Source: Chloroflexota bacterium
Lineage (GTDB): Bacteria; Chloroflexota; UBA11872; VXOZ01
Assembly (NCBI GenBank): GCA_963663275.1
Contig: OY760183.1
Coordinates: forward strand, 64,001-128,000
Length of the DNA stretch: 64,000 nucleotides
Direction: 5' to 3'
The position numbers and the translations under genes were made by a program. Positions 28,953-39,600 of this stretch are shown piece after piece. Under the pieces are notes generated by a model, which was not told the origin of the DNA, did not search any database, and worked only from the letters and a program-made list of their open reading frames with translations. Positions within the stretch are counted from its first letter, which is position 1. Every line of letters starts with the position of its first letter.

Positions 28953-30158
28953 TTAGCGCCAGGATGGTTCGCCGCTGGCGGTGGCGATGGCTTCGGCGGC
29001 GGCGTAGAGGTAGCGTTCGGCCCAGGCGGTGGTGGCCTGGATGTCGTAGTTCCACGACTGCACGGCGTAGAACATGCAGTGGGGGTGCAGGCGCGCCAGG
29101 TTGGTGGTGAAGAACGCCGCCGGTTTCCACCATTGGCCGATGGGCCGGTGGTCGTTGTGCGTGCCCAGCCATTGGCGCATCACGGCGTTGAAGCGGTCCA
29201 CGTAGGCCGGGTCGGTTTCCGGCGGGTAGATGTCCGCCATGCCGGGATTGAGCAGGTGCAGTTTGCGCACGCCCAGGTGGTCTTCCTGTCCCGGCGGGAT
29301 TGTGCGGTAGTGGGCGTGGAACTCCAGGTAGGCGTGGGTAGGCGCCAGGCGCACGTAATCCGCCAGGGCCTTGCTCTCAACCGGACAGGGTTCCCCGGCC
29401 ACCGCTGCCTTGTAGCCGCCGGCCACCACCTCGCCGACGCCGTTCAGCAGGCTGTGCCCTTCCGCCGCGCCGTCGGGATTGATCATGGGCACCAGGCAGA
29501 CCTGGTAGTTGTCCAGCAGCCAGCGCGAATCCGTCAGGTCCACCGTCAGCCGCCGCGCCAGTTCCACCAGGCGTTCCGCCACCGGCTCCGCTCCCTGGGA
29601 GGTGCCCGCCATCACGATGCGCTTGGCGCGGGGCGCGGTTTCCAGCGCCCAGATCTTGCGCCCCTTTGCCGTCTCGTCCAGGACGCGCGCCGACCAGGTG
29701 TGCCCCTCGATTCGCTCCAGGAAGGCGACTTGCGCCTCCAGCTCCGTGGGCGCGATGAACGGCATGCTGCCGAGAATGACGGATTCCCCTTCACGCAAGG
29801 CGAGCGTGATGAGCACGTCGCTGGTGTCCGGCACGTTGACGGCGTTTTCCAGCGGAATCGGCTCCCATCCCCCGGCGCGCTTGAGGAAGCCGCCGAACTG
29901 GATGTACCAACCGCCCAATTCCTTGTCCGTGTGCACGTGGATGCGCAAGGCGGGTGTCTGCCGGTGGGCGGTAATGCGCACGCTATAGCGGTATTGCGTG
30001 GGCACGCCTTTGAAGTGCTCGTCGAAGCCCGTGGGCTTGGGGTCGACGCGGGTATGGAGATGGACGACGCCGTCTGCGTCCAGGCTGACGTCTTCCGCCG
30101 CCGCGGCCTCGAACTCGGTGTCGAAGGTCACGCCCAGTTCGTCGAGGGTACGTTTCAT
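28953..30158 (-). CDS. M14-like zinc carboxypeptidase domain protein
   Basis: T.KGR.I, QGAEP (first Zn His replaced), VPMINPDG, LEFH. Confidence 0.7.
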   Translation of the reverse strand: MKRTLDELGVTFDTEFEAAAAEDVSLDADGVVHLHTRVDPKPTGFDEHFKGVPTQYRYSVRITAHRQTPALRIHVHTDKELGGWYIQFGGFLKRAGGWEPIPLENAVNVPDTSDVLITLALREGESVILGSMPFIAPTELEAQVAFLERIEGHTWSARVLDETAKGRKIWALETAPRAKRIVMAGTSQGAEPVAERLVELARRLTVDLTDSRWLLDNYQVCLVPMINPDGAAEGHSLLNGVGEVVAGGYKAAVAGEPCPVESKALADYVRLAPTHAYLEFHAHYRTIPPGQEDHLGVRKLHLLNPGMADIYPPETDPAYVDRFNAVMRQWLGTHNDHRPIGQWWKPAAFFTTNLARLHPHCMFYAVQSWNYDIQATTAWAERYLYAAAEAIATASGEPSWR

Positions 30159-30226
30159 GCTGAAAATCCTCCTTAGGGAATTTCGTAGTGTACAGCCATC
30201 TGCTTCAGAATCTTTTGCCACCGATC

Positions 30227-30470
30227 GTCCGCGTAGGGGTACCCCTGGTGGGTACCCTTCCGGTTCAAGATGATTCGCCCCCCTTCACGCTTGTTTTTCC
30301 ATCGCGCGCGCCAGGGCGCCCACGAGGGACACCCCTACACCAAACCGTCCGCGTCGGGGTACCTCTGGTGGGTACCCTTCCGGTTCGCGATGGTTCGCTC
30401 CCCTCACGTTTGTTTTTCCATCGCGCACGCCAGGGCGCCCACGAGAGGCGCCCCTACACCGAACCGTCCG
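30227..30470. repeat. 120-bp tandem duplication of a GTAG REP doublet (GTAGGGGTACCCCT..GGGTACCC / GGGCGCCCAC..CCCCTAC)
   Basis: Two near-identical units; same subfamily at 35325-35398, 40151-40407, 43098-43172. Confidence 0.85.
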
Positions 30471-30502
30471 CATAGGGACGCCCCGACGCGGATCGTGATA
30501 AT

Positions 30503-32549
30503 TCACCCGGTGTCCTCATTCCGCACCACCCACACCGGGCTGGACCACGCCTGCGCCACACGGCCGGCGACGGGCGTTTGCTGACGCAGGCGCACGTAGT
30601 AGAGCGCGTTGGCGACCGGTTGCGGCTCGTCCCAGGTAAAGGCGGCCTCCGCGGCGTCCGGCTCATGGCGGTAGACCACCTCGAAGCGCTTCGCGTCCAG
30701 GTCGCCGCGCAGGATTTCGACCCAGGCAATTGCCGCCGTGCCCACGGCCCACACGCGCACGCTCACGCCCTCGCCGCCGGCGGTCTCCTGCCCCATGAAC
30801 GTGTCGTTCACCCATACTTTCAGCAAAATGCGCGCGCCGGTGGTGCCGTAGGTTTGGCGGTTGTGGATGCTATCGAAAACGCCGCCGCGCGTGAGCGCCG
30901 GCGCCCAGACCGCCGCCAGGCCGGTCTGCCGTTTGCCCGGCTGCGCTTGATGGTTGTCCGATGAACAGATCGTGCCCATGCGCTGCCCACTGAGCCAGCC
31001 GTCCTGCGCGTAGTACGGGCCTATGGCCGAGTCGTTGAGGGAAAAATCGCACTGCTGGTATGCCAGCGGGTGTTCGGGAGCGTAGTATTCGCAGAGGCCG
31101 TGGCCGGAATAGACCTCCACCACCCGGCGGAAGGCGTCGTTGGCGTACTGCCAATCGATGTTGGGGTCGGTGCCGCCGGGCAGGTTGCTGGCTTTCGGCG
31201 AGAAGCGCACGCCGGTGTGGTGGGGAATGGTCATCGCTTCGCCGGGCCTGAGGCGCCGCCAGAGGTCTTGCACGGTACCGTTGTGGCGGCCGATACGCAC
31301 GTCGCCGTCATCGCGAAAGTAGACGTTGTGGTGCGCCCACGGCGCGGGGAAGGTGGCCTCATAGCCGAGTATCGTGGCGAACCGGCCGGGGTCGTACCAG
31401 TCCTGCGCCGCCAGCCGGATTTCCTCCCACATTTCGTCCGACAGCCCCTCCACGTGGTCGGTCAGGGCGTAGAAATCGAGCCGCGCCACGTCCCGCGCGT
31501 AGTGGAACGGCAGGTCGCCGGTGGCGTCGAAACTGCGCCGGGCGTGGGAGTGGATATCGCCCCAGTAGACGCGCTCGGCGGGCAGTTCGGCGGCGCAGAG
31601 AATTGGGTTGGACTCTACTCCAAATGGCTCTTCTCCGTTCGACTCAAACTCACCGCAGTCCTCTTTTCCACTCGCCCTCAGCCTGTCCTCACCGCTCGTG
31701 CTGAGCCTGTCCCCTCCGTTCGCCCTGAGCCTGTCGAAGGGCAAGCCGGATTCCGTAAGCGCCGTCACCGCCAGCCGCAGCACCCCCGGCGCGGTCGGCG
31801 TGAACGGCAGCGCGCACCGGCCGGTCTCCGGATTGAGCGTCACCGTTTCCGGGCACTCCGCATGGCCTTCCGCCACCGATACCGCAAACGTGAGGCGCGC
31901 GGACGCAGCGGCATTCTGCCAGGCATCCAGGGGCAATCACGTGGCAGACCGCTTCAGCGCCGACCCGGGCGTGGGAGGGCGCGTACGCCACGACCTCTAC
32001 CGGTTCCGCCGCCTTGGTGACCAGCAGGGGGCTTTCCTCTTCAGGAAGCAGCGCATAGTCGCCGCCGTCCGCGGCCAGGCGCACGGCCACGCGCACCGGC
32101 TCCGGCCCGTTGGGATGGAGCGCGGCGGTGAAGCCCGGACTGCCCCCGCCGGTGTCGCCGTAGGTCACGTCGATCCAGTCACCGGCCCGCAGCGTTCCCC
32201 GCGTAAGTGTCACCTCGGTATGGTACGCGCAGCGGTTGGGCGGCCCCGCCAGCGCCTCGCGGGTGCTTTTCTCGTATTCGTCGGTGGAGCCGTCGGGTAC
32301 CACGCAGCGAACGTCCACGTCATCGCGGGAGGCGCGGGCCGAGACGTAGTTCGGACTGGCGGGATCGAGACTGTGCACGCCTTTGGCGGAGTTCCGCAAC
32401 CAGGCGTGCCAGGTGTTCGGCAGCGCCACGGCAATTCCGTCGCCGGGGCCCAGCGCGCCTGCCGCAACCATGCAGCGCACCACCCACGTGCCGTACGCGC
32501 CGGCCGTGCCCTGGGACGGTGAAACGGATGCGTGGATGCGCGGCAGCAT
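30503..32549 (-). pseudogene. DUF3604/PHP-like metallohydrolase split by a +1 frameshift near 31932
   Basis: C-terminal frame has YWGDIHSH, TDH, GYE, PHH, SSDNH, YGTTG; N-terminal frame joins it if one base of the G4 run at 31930-31933 is removed (VIALDAWQN). Confidence 0.7.
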
Positions 32550-32568
32550 GGCGTTTGCCCTCTCTACG

Positions 32569-32770
32569 GAGACCCTTGCGTAACCCCGGTCGGCGCGCAT
32601 TGAAACTCCCTCTCCCTGGGGAGAGGGCCGGGGTGAGGGGGAATCCTCGTCGGTTCGGCCCTCATTCCGCAAGATTCAGGCACGACGTGCCGCACAATCT
32701 CCCCTCACCCTAACCCTCTCCCCCAGGAGAGGGAACTGTTCGCCTCTCAGCGAGGTTTTGCAAAGGTCTC
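32569..32770. mobile_element. MITE-like element, GAGACCTTTGC-type TIR, carrying a family C hairpin pair
   Basis: Ends GAGACCCTTGC ... GCAAAGGTCTC; perfect 5-bp CTACG duplication at 32564-32568 and 32771-32775; inverted partial copies at ~46588-46797 and ~55950-56117. Confidence 0.85.
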
Positions 32771-33024
32771 CTACGGTTGCGACACCATGATTATAGCGTC
32801 TTTGACGAAGGCGGCGTCTTTGACGAAGTCACCGGCTTTGCGGATGGCAGCGTCTTTTGATGAAGTCGGCGTCCGCGACCGGGTCCGTGCGCGCAACAAA
32901 GCAGCCCGTCCCGAACCGCCGCCATTGACGGCGCGCGGCGATGCATAGATACTAATGACTGTAGGGGCTAATGGGAGCCCTGCACGGGACAAAGTCGTCC
33001 CTCAGACGCAAAGGAGTGGTTTCA

Positions 33025-33342
33025 ATGAAGACCTACATCATAATGGTCAAACTCCATACCGGCGGCCTGGGCGGCAAGAATCCGACCTACCAAGAGGCGA
33101 TTGCCGAAGGCGCGCCCGAAACGCGCCGGATAATCAAGCGCCAGGGCGGCAAGCTCATCGAGGCGTACCTGACCGCCGGGCCGTACGACGGCATCATGAT
33201 CACCGAATTTCCCAACGACGTAGCCTGTACGCGGGCCGTGGTGATCATGCGCGACGGCTTCGACATGTGCCACGCCGTGCGCGCTTTTCCGGAGAGCGAT
33301 TGGGCGCACCTTTCCGGGATAGAGAGAGAAAGCGAGAACTGA
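33025..33342 (+). CDS. GYD domain-containing protein
   Basis: GGKL..AY.T.GPYD motif; AAGGAG RBS. Confidence 0.8.
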   Translation: MKTYIIMVKLHTGGLGGKNPTYQEAIAEGAPETRRIIKRQGGKLIEAYLTAGPYDGIMITEFPNDVACTRAVVIMRDGFDMCHAVRAFPESDWAHLSGIERESEN

Positions 33343-33453
33343 CACCGGCATCGCGCCGCGGGACACGCTAACGTCCAAGCGGACGCGCCGCCGCGCATTT
33401 AAGCAACGCGTATGCTCAATACCCCGCAGCCGCGAGCAAGGAGGAGCCGACCG

Positions 33454-35142
33454 ATGAGCGCGGAAACGAACGTGGATACCAAACGCTTCAGCAAAGACAT
33501 CACCGTGGGGCCGAAGAGCGCGCCGGCGCGCTCCATGTTCCACGCCATGGGCTTCAGCAACGAGGACCTGGCAAAACCGCTTATCGGCGTGGCCAGCACC
33601 TGGAACGAGGTCACGCCCTGCAACTACCACCTGGACCGGCTGGCCAAAAAGGTGAAAGCGGGCATCCGCCAGGCCGGCGGCACGCCGATCGAGTTCGTGG
33701 CGATCACCGTCAGCGACGGCATCGCCATGGGCACCGAGGGCATGAGAACCAGCCTGGTGACCCGCGAAATCATTGCGGACTCGATCGAGGCGGTGGCCAT
33801 CGGCGAGCGGCTGGACGGCGTGGTCACCATCGCCGGTTGCGACAAGAGCCTGCCGGGCTGCGCCATGGCCATGGCGCGCCTGAACATCCCCAGCGTCTTC
33901 GTCTACGGCGGCAGCATCATGCCGGGGCGCTGGCAGGGCAAGGACGTGACCATCCAGGACGTGTTCGAGGCCGTGGGCGCCCACGCCGCCGGCAAGATTA
34001 CGGAAGACGAACTGACCGACCTGGAGTTGCACGCCTGTCCCGGCCCCGGCTCGTGCGGCGGCATGTACACGGCCAACACCATGTCCAGCGCCCTGGAAGC
34101 GATGGGCCTCTCCGTGCCCGGCAGCGCCTCGCCGCCGGCCATGGACGACCGCCGCGACCAGGTCTGCATCGATGCCGGACACCTGGTGATGGACTGCGTG
34201 CGCCATAACCGCCGCCCGTCCGACATCATTACGAAAGAAGCCATGGAGAACGCCGTGGCCGTGGCGCTGGCGGCCGGCGGTTCGACGAATGCCGCGCTGC
34301 ACCTGCCCGCCATCGCCTGGGAAGCGGGCGTGCCGTTCGACCTGGACGACATCGACCGGGTGAGCAAGCGCGTGCCCCACATCGCAGACATGCGCCCCGG
34401 CGGCCGCTACGTGATGGCCGACCTGGATAAAGTGGGCGGCGTGCCGTTGATTATGCGAGAGATGCTGCGCGCCGGTCTGCTGCACGGCGAGTGCCTTACG
34501 GTAACCGGCAACACGCTCGCGGAAGATGTAGGAGCAGCGCAGGTATCGGAAAACGGTCAGGACATCGTGCGCTCGACGGACGACCCCATTTTCGCTGGCG
34601 GCACGATGGTCATCCTGCGCGGCAACCTGGCGCCGGAAGGCGCGGTGGTGAAGGTGGCGGGCGTGGCGAACCGGGTGCACTCCGGCCCGGCGCGCGTCTT
34701 CGAGATCGAGGACGACGCGTTCAAAGCCGTGGTGAAGGGCCACATTAACGCGGGCGACGTGATCGTCATTCGCAACGAAGGGCCGAAAGGCGGGCCGGGC
34801 ATGAGGGAGATGCTGGCCGTGACCGGCGCGGTCTTTGGCCGCGGCCTGGGCGATTCGGTCGGTCTCATCACCGACGGTCGCTTCTCCGGCGCGACCCACG
34901 GCATGATGGTCGGCCACGTGGCCCCGGAAGCCGCCATGGGCGGCCCCATCGGCCTCATCCAGGAAGGCGACCGGATCACCATCGACGGCGACAACCAACA
35001 ACTCACCCTGCACGTGGACGACGCCGTGCTAGCCGAGCGCCGCCAACACTGGCAACCTCTGCAACCCCGCTACACCAAAGGCGTGCTGGCCAAATACGCC
35101 AAACTGGTCACCTCCGCCGCCCGCGGCGCGGTGTGCGAGTAA
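33454..35142 (+). CDS. ilvD: Dihydroxy-acid dehydratase
   Basis: [43 protein letters not shown]. Confidence 0.95.
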   Translation: MSAETNVDTKRFSKDITVGPKSAPARSMFHAMGFSNEDLAKPLIGVASTWNEVTPCNYHLDRLAKKVKAGIRQAGGTPIEFVAITVSDGIAMGTEGMRTSLVTREIIADSIEAVAIGERLDGVVTIAGCDKSLPGCAMAMARLNIPSVFVYGGSIMPGRWQGKDVTIQDVFEAVGAHAAGKITEDELTDLELHACPGPGSCGGMYTANTMSSALEAMGLSVPGSASPPAMDDRRDQVCIDAGHLVMDCVRHNRRPSDIITKEAMENAVAVALAAGGSTNAALHLPAIAWEAGVPFDLDDIDRVSKRVPHIADMRPGGRYVMADLDKVGGVPLIMREMLRAGLLHGECLTVTGNTLAEDVGAAQVSENGQDIVRSTDDPIFAGGTMVILRGNLAPEGAVVKVAGVANRVHSGPARVFEIEDDAFKAVVKGHINAGDVIVIRNEGPKGGPGMREMLAVTGAVFGRGLGDSVGLITDGRFSGATHGMMVGHVAPEAAMGGPIGLIQEGDRITIDGDNQQLTLHVDDAVLAERRQHWQPLQPRYTKGVLAKYAKLVTSAARGAVCE

Positions 35143-35172
35143 GTGGTTCACAGCCACCCAATCCCCCGCAAA

Positions 35173-35322
35173 GGGCTGACAGGGTTACGTACTCTACAAT
35201 CTAATTCAAGTGTCATTCCGAACGGAGCGCAGCGGAGAGAGGAATCTAGCGCTCGCTGCAAGAACGTCGGTTCCAGATTCCTCGCTCCGCTCGGAATGAC
35301 ATTTACATACCCTTGTCAGTCC
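35173..35322. mobile_element. Free-standing GGGCTGACAGG-type MITE carrying a family A pair
   Basis: Ends GGGCTGACAGGG ... CCTTGTCAGTCC; same type as the nested inserts at 11023 and 50828; decayed copy ~13384-13531. Confidence 0.65.
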
Positions 35323-35549
35323 GCGTAGGGGTACCCCTCATGGGTACCCAATTGCACCTGCCAACACACCGTGTAGGGGTACCCCTCGTGGGTACCCAAC
35401 ATCGCCCGCGAACCTGTCGAATGTCGTAGCGCGGGGGCTTGTCCACCGCAAATGGTGGCGGCCGGGATCCGTCCCGGCAGGCGCACAATAGGCCGGTTCC
35501 CCGCTCGCGCCGGGGCTAGAAACACGTTGGAACCGCAAAAGGACACGCT

Positions 35550-35756
35550 ATGGCGGCGCCGGACCACATCGACTTGCGGGACTTACCCGAATCGGCCCAA
35601 CAGGAAGTCTACGACTTCTACCTGTTCGTGCGGCAGCGCGTCTTGACAGAACAGTCGGTTACCGCGGCAGGCGCAGGCGCTTTGCTGAGCGAAGAGGCGC
35701 TGGCTGACGACTGGAGCCGGCCCGAGGAAGATGAGGCATGGCAAGCGTTTCAGTAA
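35550..35756 (+). CDS. DUF2281-like putative antitoxin
   Basis: LPE..QQEVYDF..F and LSE.AL..DW.RPEEDEAW. Confidence 0.75.
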   Translation: MAAPDHIDLRDLPESAQQEVYDFYLFVRQRVLTEQSVTAAGAGALLSEEALADDWSRPEEDEAWQAFQ

Positions 35757-35995
35757 GGGACTTGACGAATTGTCCGCTAGCAACTCTCGGGGCTTTATCG
35801 TGTGGCGGGGAGTCAGGATTGGGGTCTTGGAAGAAACGGGAAGGTAATGAAGCTAAGCAATAGTTCCCTATGACTCATCGGTAAGGCTATACTAGAGTGG
35901 AAGCAGATGGAGGAACGCCCGCGCGCTGTAGCCGCCACCGGCGCGGCAGCAGTACGAGCAGACGAGACCCCTCACGTCCATAGGGAGCAACGAAC

Positions 35996-36460
35996 ATGGC
36001 GGCAATTGACACCCACAAGGCTTTTCGCACGCTCACCGGCGCCGGCTTTCCGGATGATCAAGCCGAGGCGCTGGTAGAGACTATCGGCATAGGCAGCGAC
36101 GAGTTGGCAACCAAGGCCGACGTAGCCGATATGGCAACCAAGGAGGATATAGCGGCTGTCCGCGCGGAGATGGCGACCAAGACCGACGTAGCGGCTGTTC
36201 GCGAGGAGACGGCGACCCTCCGCGAGCAGACAGCGAACGTCCGCGAGCAGATGGCAACTCTCCGCGAGGAGGTGGCGACCAAGGCCGATATAGCCGATAT
36301 GGCGACCAAGGCCGATATAGCCGATATGGCGACCAAGGGCGACCTCAAAGACATGCACATCCACTTGGAACAGCGGATGACAAACCTGGTCATCCAAATG
36401 GTCATCCTCCAACTCATGGTGGGCGGGCTCATCGTGGCCTTGATTAAGCTGCTGCCCTAG
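35996..36460 (+). CDS. DUF1640/CCDC90-like coiled-coil membrane-anchored protein with ATK(A/E/T/G)D repeats
   Basis: DTHK...L..AGF...QAEA; six ATKxD repeats; C-terminal TM. Confidence 0.8.
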   Translation: MAAIDTHKAFRTLTGAGFPDDQAEALVETIGIGSDELATKADVADMATKEDIAAVRAEMATKTDVAAVREETATLREQTANVREQMATLREEVATKADIADMATKADIADMATKGDLKDMHIHLEQRMTNLVIQMVILQLMVGGLIVALIKLLP

Positions 36461-36664
36461 CCTTGGAACGCCGGCACGCTGCACTGGAACAGCGCCTCAA
36501 TCGCCGGACAACGCAATTGGCTATGCTCGTCGCCGCCGCGCTCGGTGTTGCGGTGGTAACTCTGAAGTGGATGCCGCAACTGTTCGTTCGCCGCCGGGTG
36601 TAGTCTTCTCTCGCTGAACGACGCAGGTTTGCACCCTGCGCTAACGGAACTGCGGTTTTCGCTC

Positions 36665-39600
36665 TTACCGGCGCGGGTTGTTGAAGGGATTCCAATAGAT
36701 GAGCACCCGGTTGCGGTTGAGGTCGGCCACGTAGAGGTTGTCGTTTTCGTCAAAGGTCGCCGCGTAGGGCATCGAAGCGAAGTCGCGCAGGAAGCCGCTG
36801 GGCTGCGTGCTTGGGCCGAGCGGATCATCGTAGTACGCGACAAAGCGAGGGCCAAAATAGCTATTCAAGCCCACCACCATCCTGTTGGCGCTGTCGAACG
36901 CCGGCTCCCACGTGGCCGTTGACTGAGGAGACATCCAGGTGCTACCCACGGCTATTCTATGCCCAGCACCCCAGAATGACACAAAAAACCTATCCTCGAC
37001 CGAATCCAAGTCGCCGAACACCTTCGCCGCGGCCGGGGCAAAGACTGCCGTGTGATTGTCAATCGGAATCGAGCCGGCGGCAAAGATCAAGAGCCGCCAG
37101 TTTCCCGCTACTTCCAACGAATGGTCGGAGACGTAGAGATTGCCCAGCCGGTCGATGGAAAGCGCGCCCGGGAAGCAGAGCATGTCGGGCTCCGGCGAGT
37201 CTGTCACTTCCTCCGGCCGGTCCCACGCGCTAATGTGCGCCCGCCGGTTGCACATGTTTCCCGCCGCGTTCTTCTGCCCCAGGATCACGTCCACCACCGG
37301 GTCGCCCAGCGGATCGCGCAGCCGCAAGACCCGGTGGTTGTACGAGTCGCTGATCCAGACCGCTTCTCCGTTGCCTACCGGCGCGATGCCGCGAATGTGG
37401 GGGCCAAGTGTGACCCACTCACTTGAACCGAGAAGTCTGTACTTGGTGGGGCCCAGTGTGACCCTCTCGTTCGTCCCCAGCACCGGGAAACTCACGTTGT
37501 CCGTTGAAATGGTCTTAATCGGCGCCGCGTCCGCGGTGAGCGGCAATTGGTAGACGTCGATGAACCGCGTGACGTCGGTGCCCAGGACCCAGAGCCTGCC
37601 CGCTCCATCAACCTTGATCTGGCCGCAGCACTCCTCCAAACCCGGCGACCAGTAGGTCTCACCCACCACGCCGTCGGCTGGCTGGCCGTTGCGCAGGCCG
37701 GCAACCCCGTTCCAGAACAGTATTCGCTTCGTGTCCGCCGCGATGAGCTGGTCCTGAAACACCGCGACCCCGATCCCGTTGCGCAGTTCCCTGGCGGCCT
37801 TGTAATTGATGCCTCCCGGCGGATAGAACAGCCGTTTGTCGGGCAAAGCGGTCACGCCGCTGTCCGCATCGGGAATGGGAGCGGAGAAGCGCAGAATGTC
37901 CTGGGTGTGCAAAGCTACCGGCATCAGCAGATTCCCTTGCGCGTCGATGCCGATGCCGCCGCCGCTGCGGCACAGGCCGGGAGCGCCCGGCACGCTCGAT
38001 AGATCCAGGCCGCCGCACTGCCCATCCGGCCGGTACGAATCCTTGCCCAACACTTTCAGCACGTTCGCGCCCGCCCAGTCCCAGAGTTCAATCATCTTGT
38101 TGTTGGAGTCGTTCACCCACACGCCTCGATTCTCCGGGTCAAACTCGAGCGACGTGGGACGGTTGAAATTCGCGCCGAAGACGGACGTCACCGCCATGCC
38201 CGAGGCGAGAGGAGGCGCGTAGACCAGGATGCGGTCGTTCTCTTTGTCCGCAACGTAGACCCATCCTCTGCCGTCGGTTCTGACTGCCGCCGGCAGGTTC
38301 AGTTCGGCAAGTCCGTTTCCCTCTTCTTTGCTCTGAAAGTCCGGTTGGCCGAGCACCAGGTCGGCATGTTTGGCGATTCTGCCGGTGGCGCGGTTGAGGG
38401 AAAACCGCAGGACGCGGTGATTCGCCGTATCCGCCACCCAGAGATTGCCGGCGAAGTCGATATTCACACCGCTGGCGGCCCAAGCGCCGCCATGTAAGGA
38501 TCTGTGGAAACACAACGTCTCCCGCGTGGGCGAAAACCCCTCACTGTCCCGGTTGCAGGCGATGCCCGCGAAGTTCTGCTGTCCCCAGACCTCATCGGCA
38601 ATCGTGTCAGTCTCGAACGGGCGCACATACTTTAGTACGCGGTTATTGAGGGAATCCGGTACGTAGAGATTGCCCTCCGCGTCAACCGCCATAGTTACAA
38701 ACGTGTGCGCTTCATCGACGGAAATCACGGTATCGGCAATGCCGCAGAGCGTCGCGGCGGTGGCAACGGCGCGATAGGGGAAGTTCTGCACGTTTGAATC
38801 GCCGTTACAGGCGGAGTGATCGAAGCCCGACGGCTGGCCGATGACAATGTCGGCCACGCAGGGCCCCGGCCCGGCATAGCACGTGCCGAGGTCGATGCCG
38901 AGAATGCGGCTGTTGCCCGCGTCCCAGATGTACGCCCGGCCCGGGCTGACCGAGCGATCGACGACCACGCCGCCCGGGTTGAACACCTTGAACGGAACCA
39001 CTTGCTCTTCAGAGACCTGCGAGATGTCCGGCTGGCCGATGACCACGTCCGCCCACAAGTCCCCGGGCACGCCCCTGACCGCTAGGGTCCGCGCAAACGG
39101 CGCAAAGTCATTCAGGATGCTTGGCTTGCCGACAAGGTTCGTGAACGCCTGGCGGGAAACACGCGCCAGATCGATCAGGTCGTGCAGCCTGTTCAGTTCG
39201 AAGGCAAAGCCCCGGCTATTGCCGGGCGCAAGACTCCTGATGCCGTCCTGCACCCAAGGCAAAGCCGTTATGGCCGCCGCCGCCTCCGGATCGCTCCGTT
39301 TGAGCGACAAGAGAGCGGCGACGGCGGCCACGTTTTCAGCCGCGCCGTGGCCCAGCGCGGGATGTGATAACGCCTCTTGAAGCGCGGCAGGGTTGGCTTT
39401 CAGTTCATCGGTCAGCGCCCTCATCGCCTCCACGTCCGCGCGTTCGATTGTGTTCAGGAAAGCCAGCCGGATGAGTCCCAGCACGCCCGCTTGGTCAACC
39501 GCGCCCATGGCAACGAGTTGATCAAGGAACGAGACCTCCACCTCATAGCGGGGCGGCAACCAGTTCCATTCAGACTCCAGCAGGGCGCGCAAGACCTGCG

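Noticed and set aside
33022-35013. 663-aa minus-strand ORF
   Set aside because: Antisense shadow of ilvD caused by high-GC codon bias; the same applies to 66..1286, 1523..2815, 7491..9038, 11895..13217, 49469..50974, 54183..55427 and similar.
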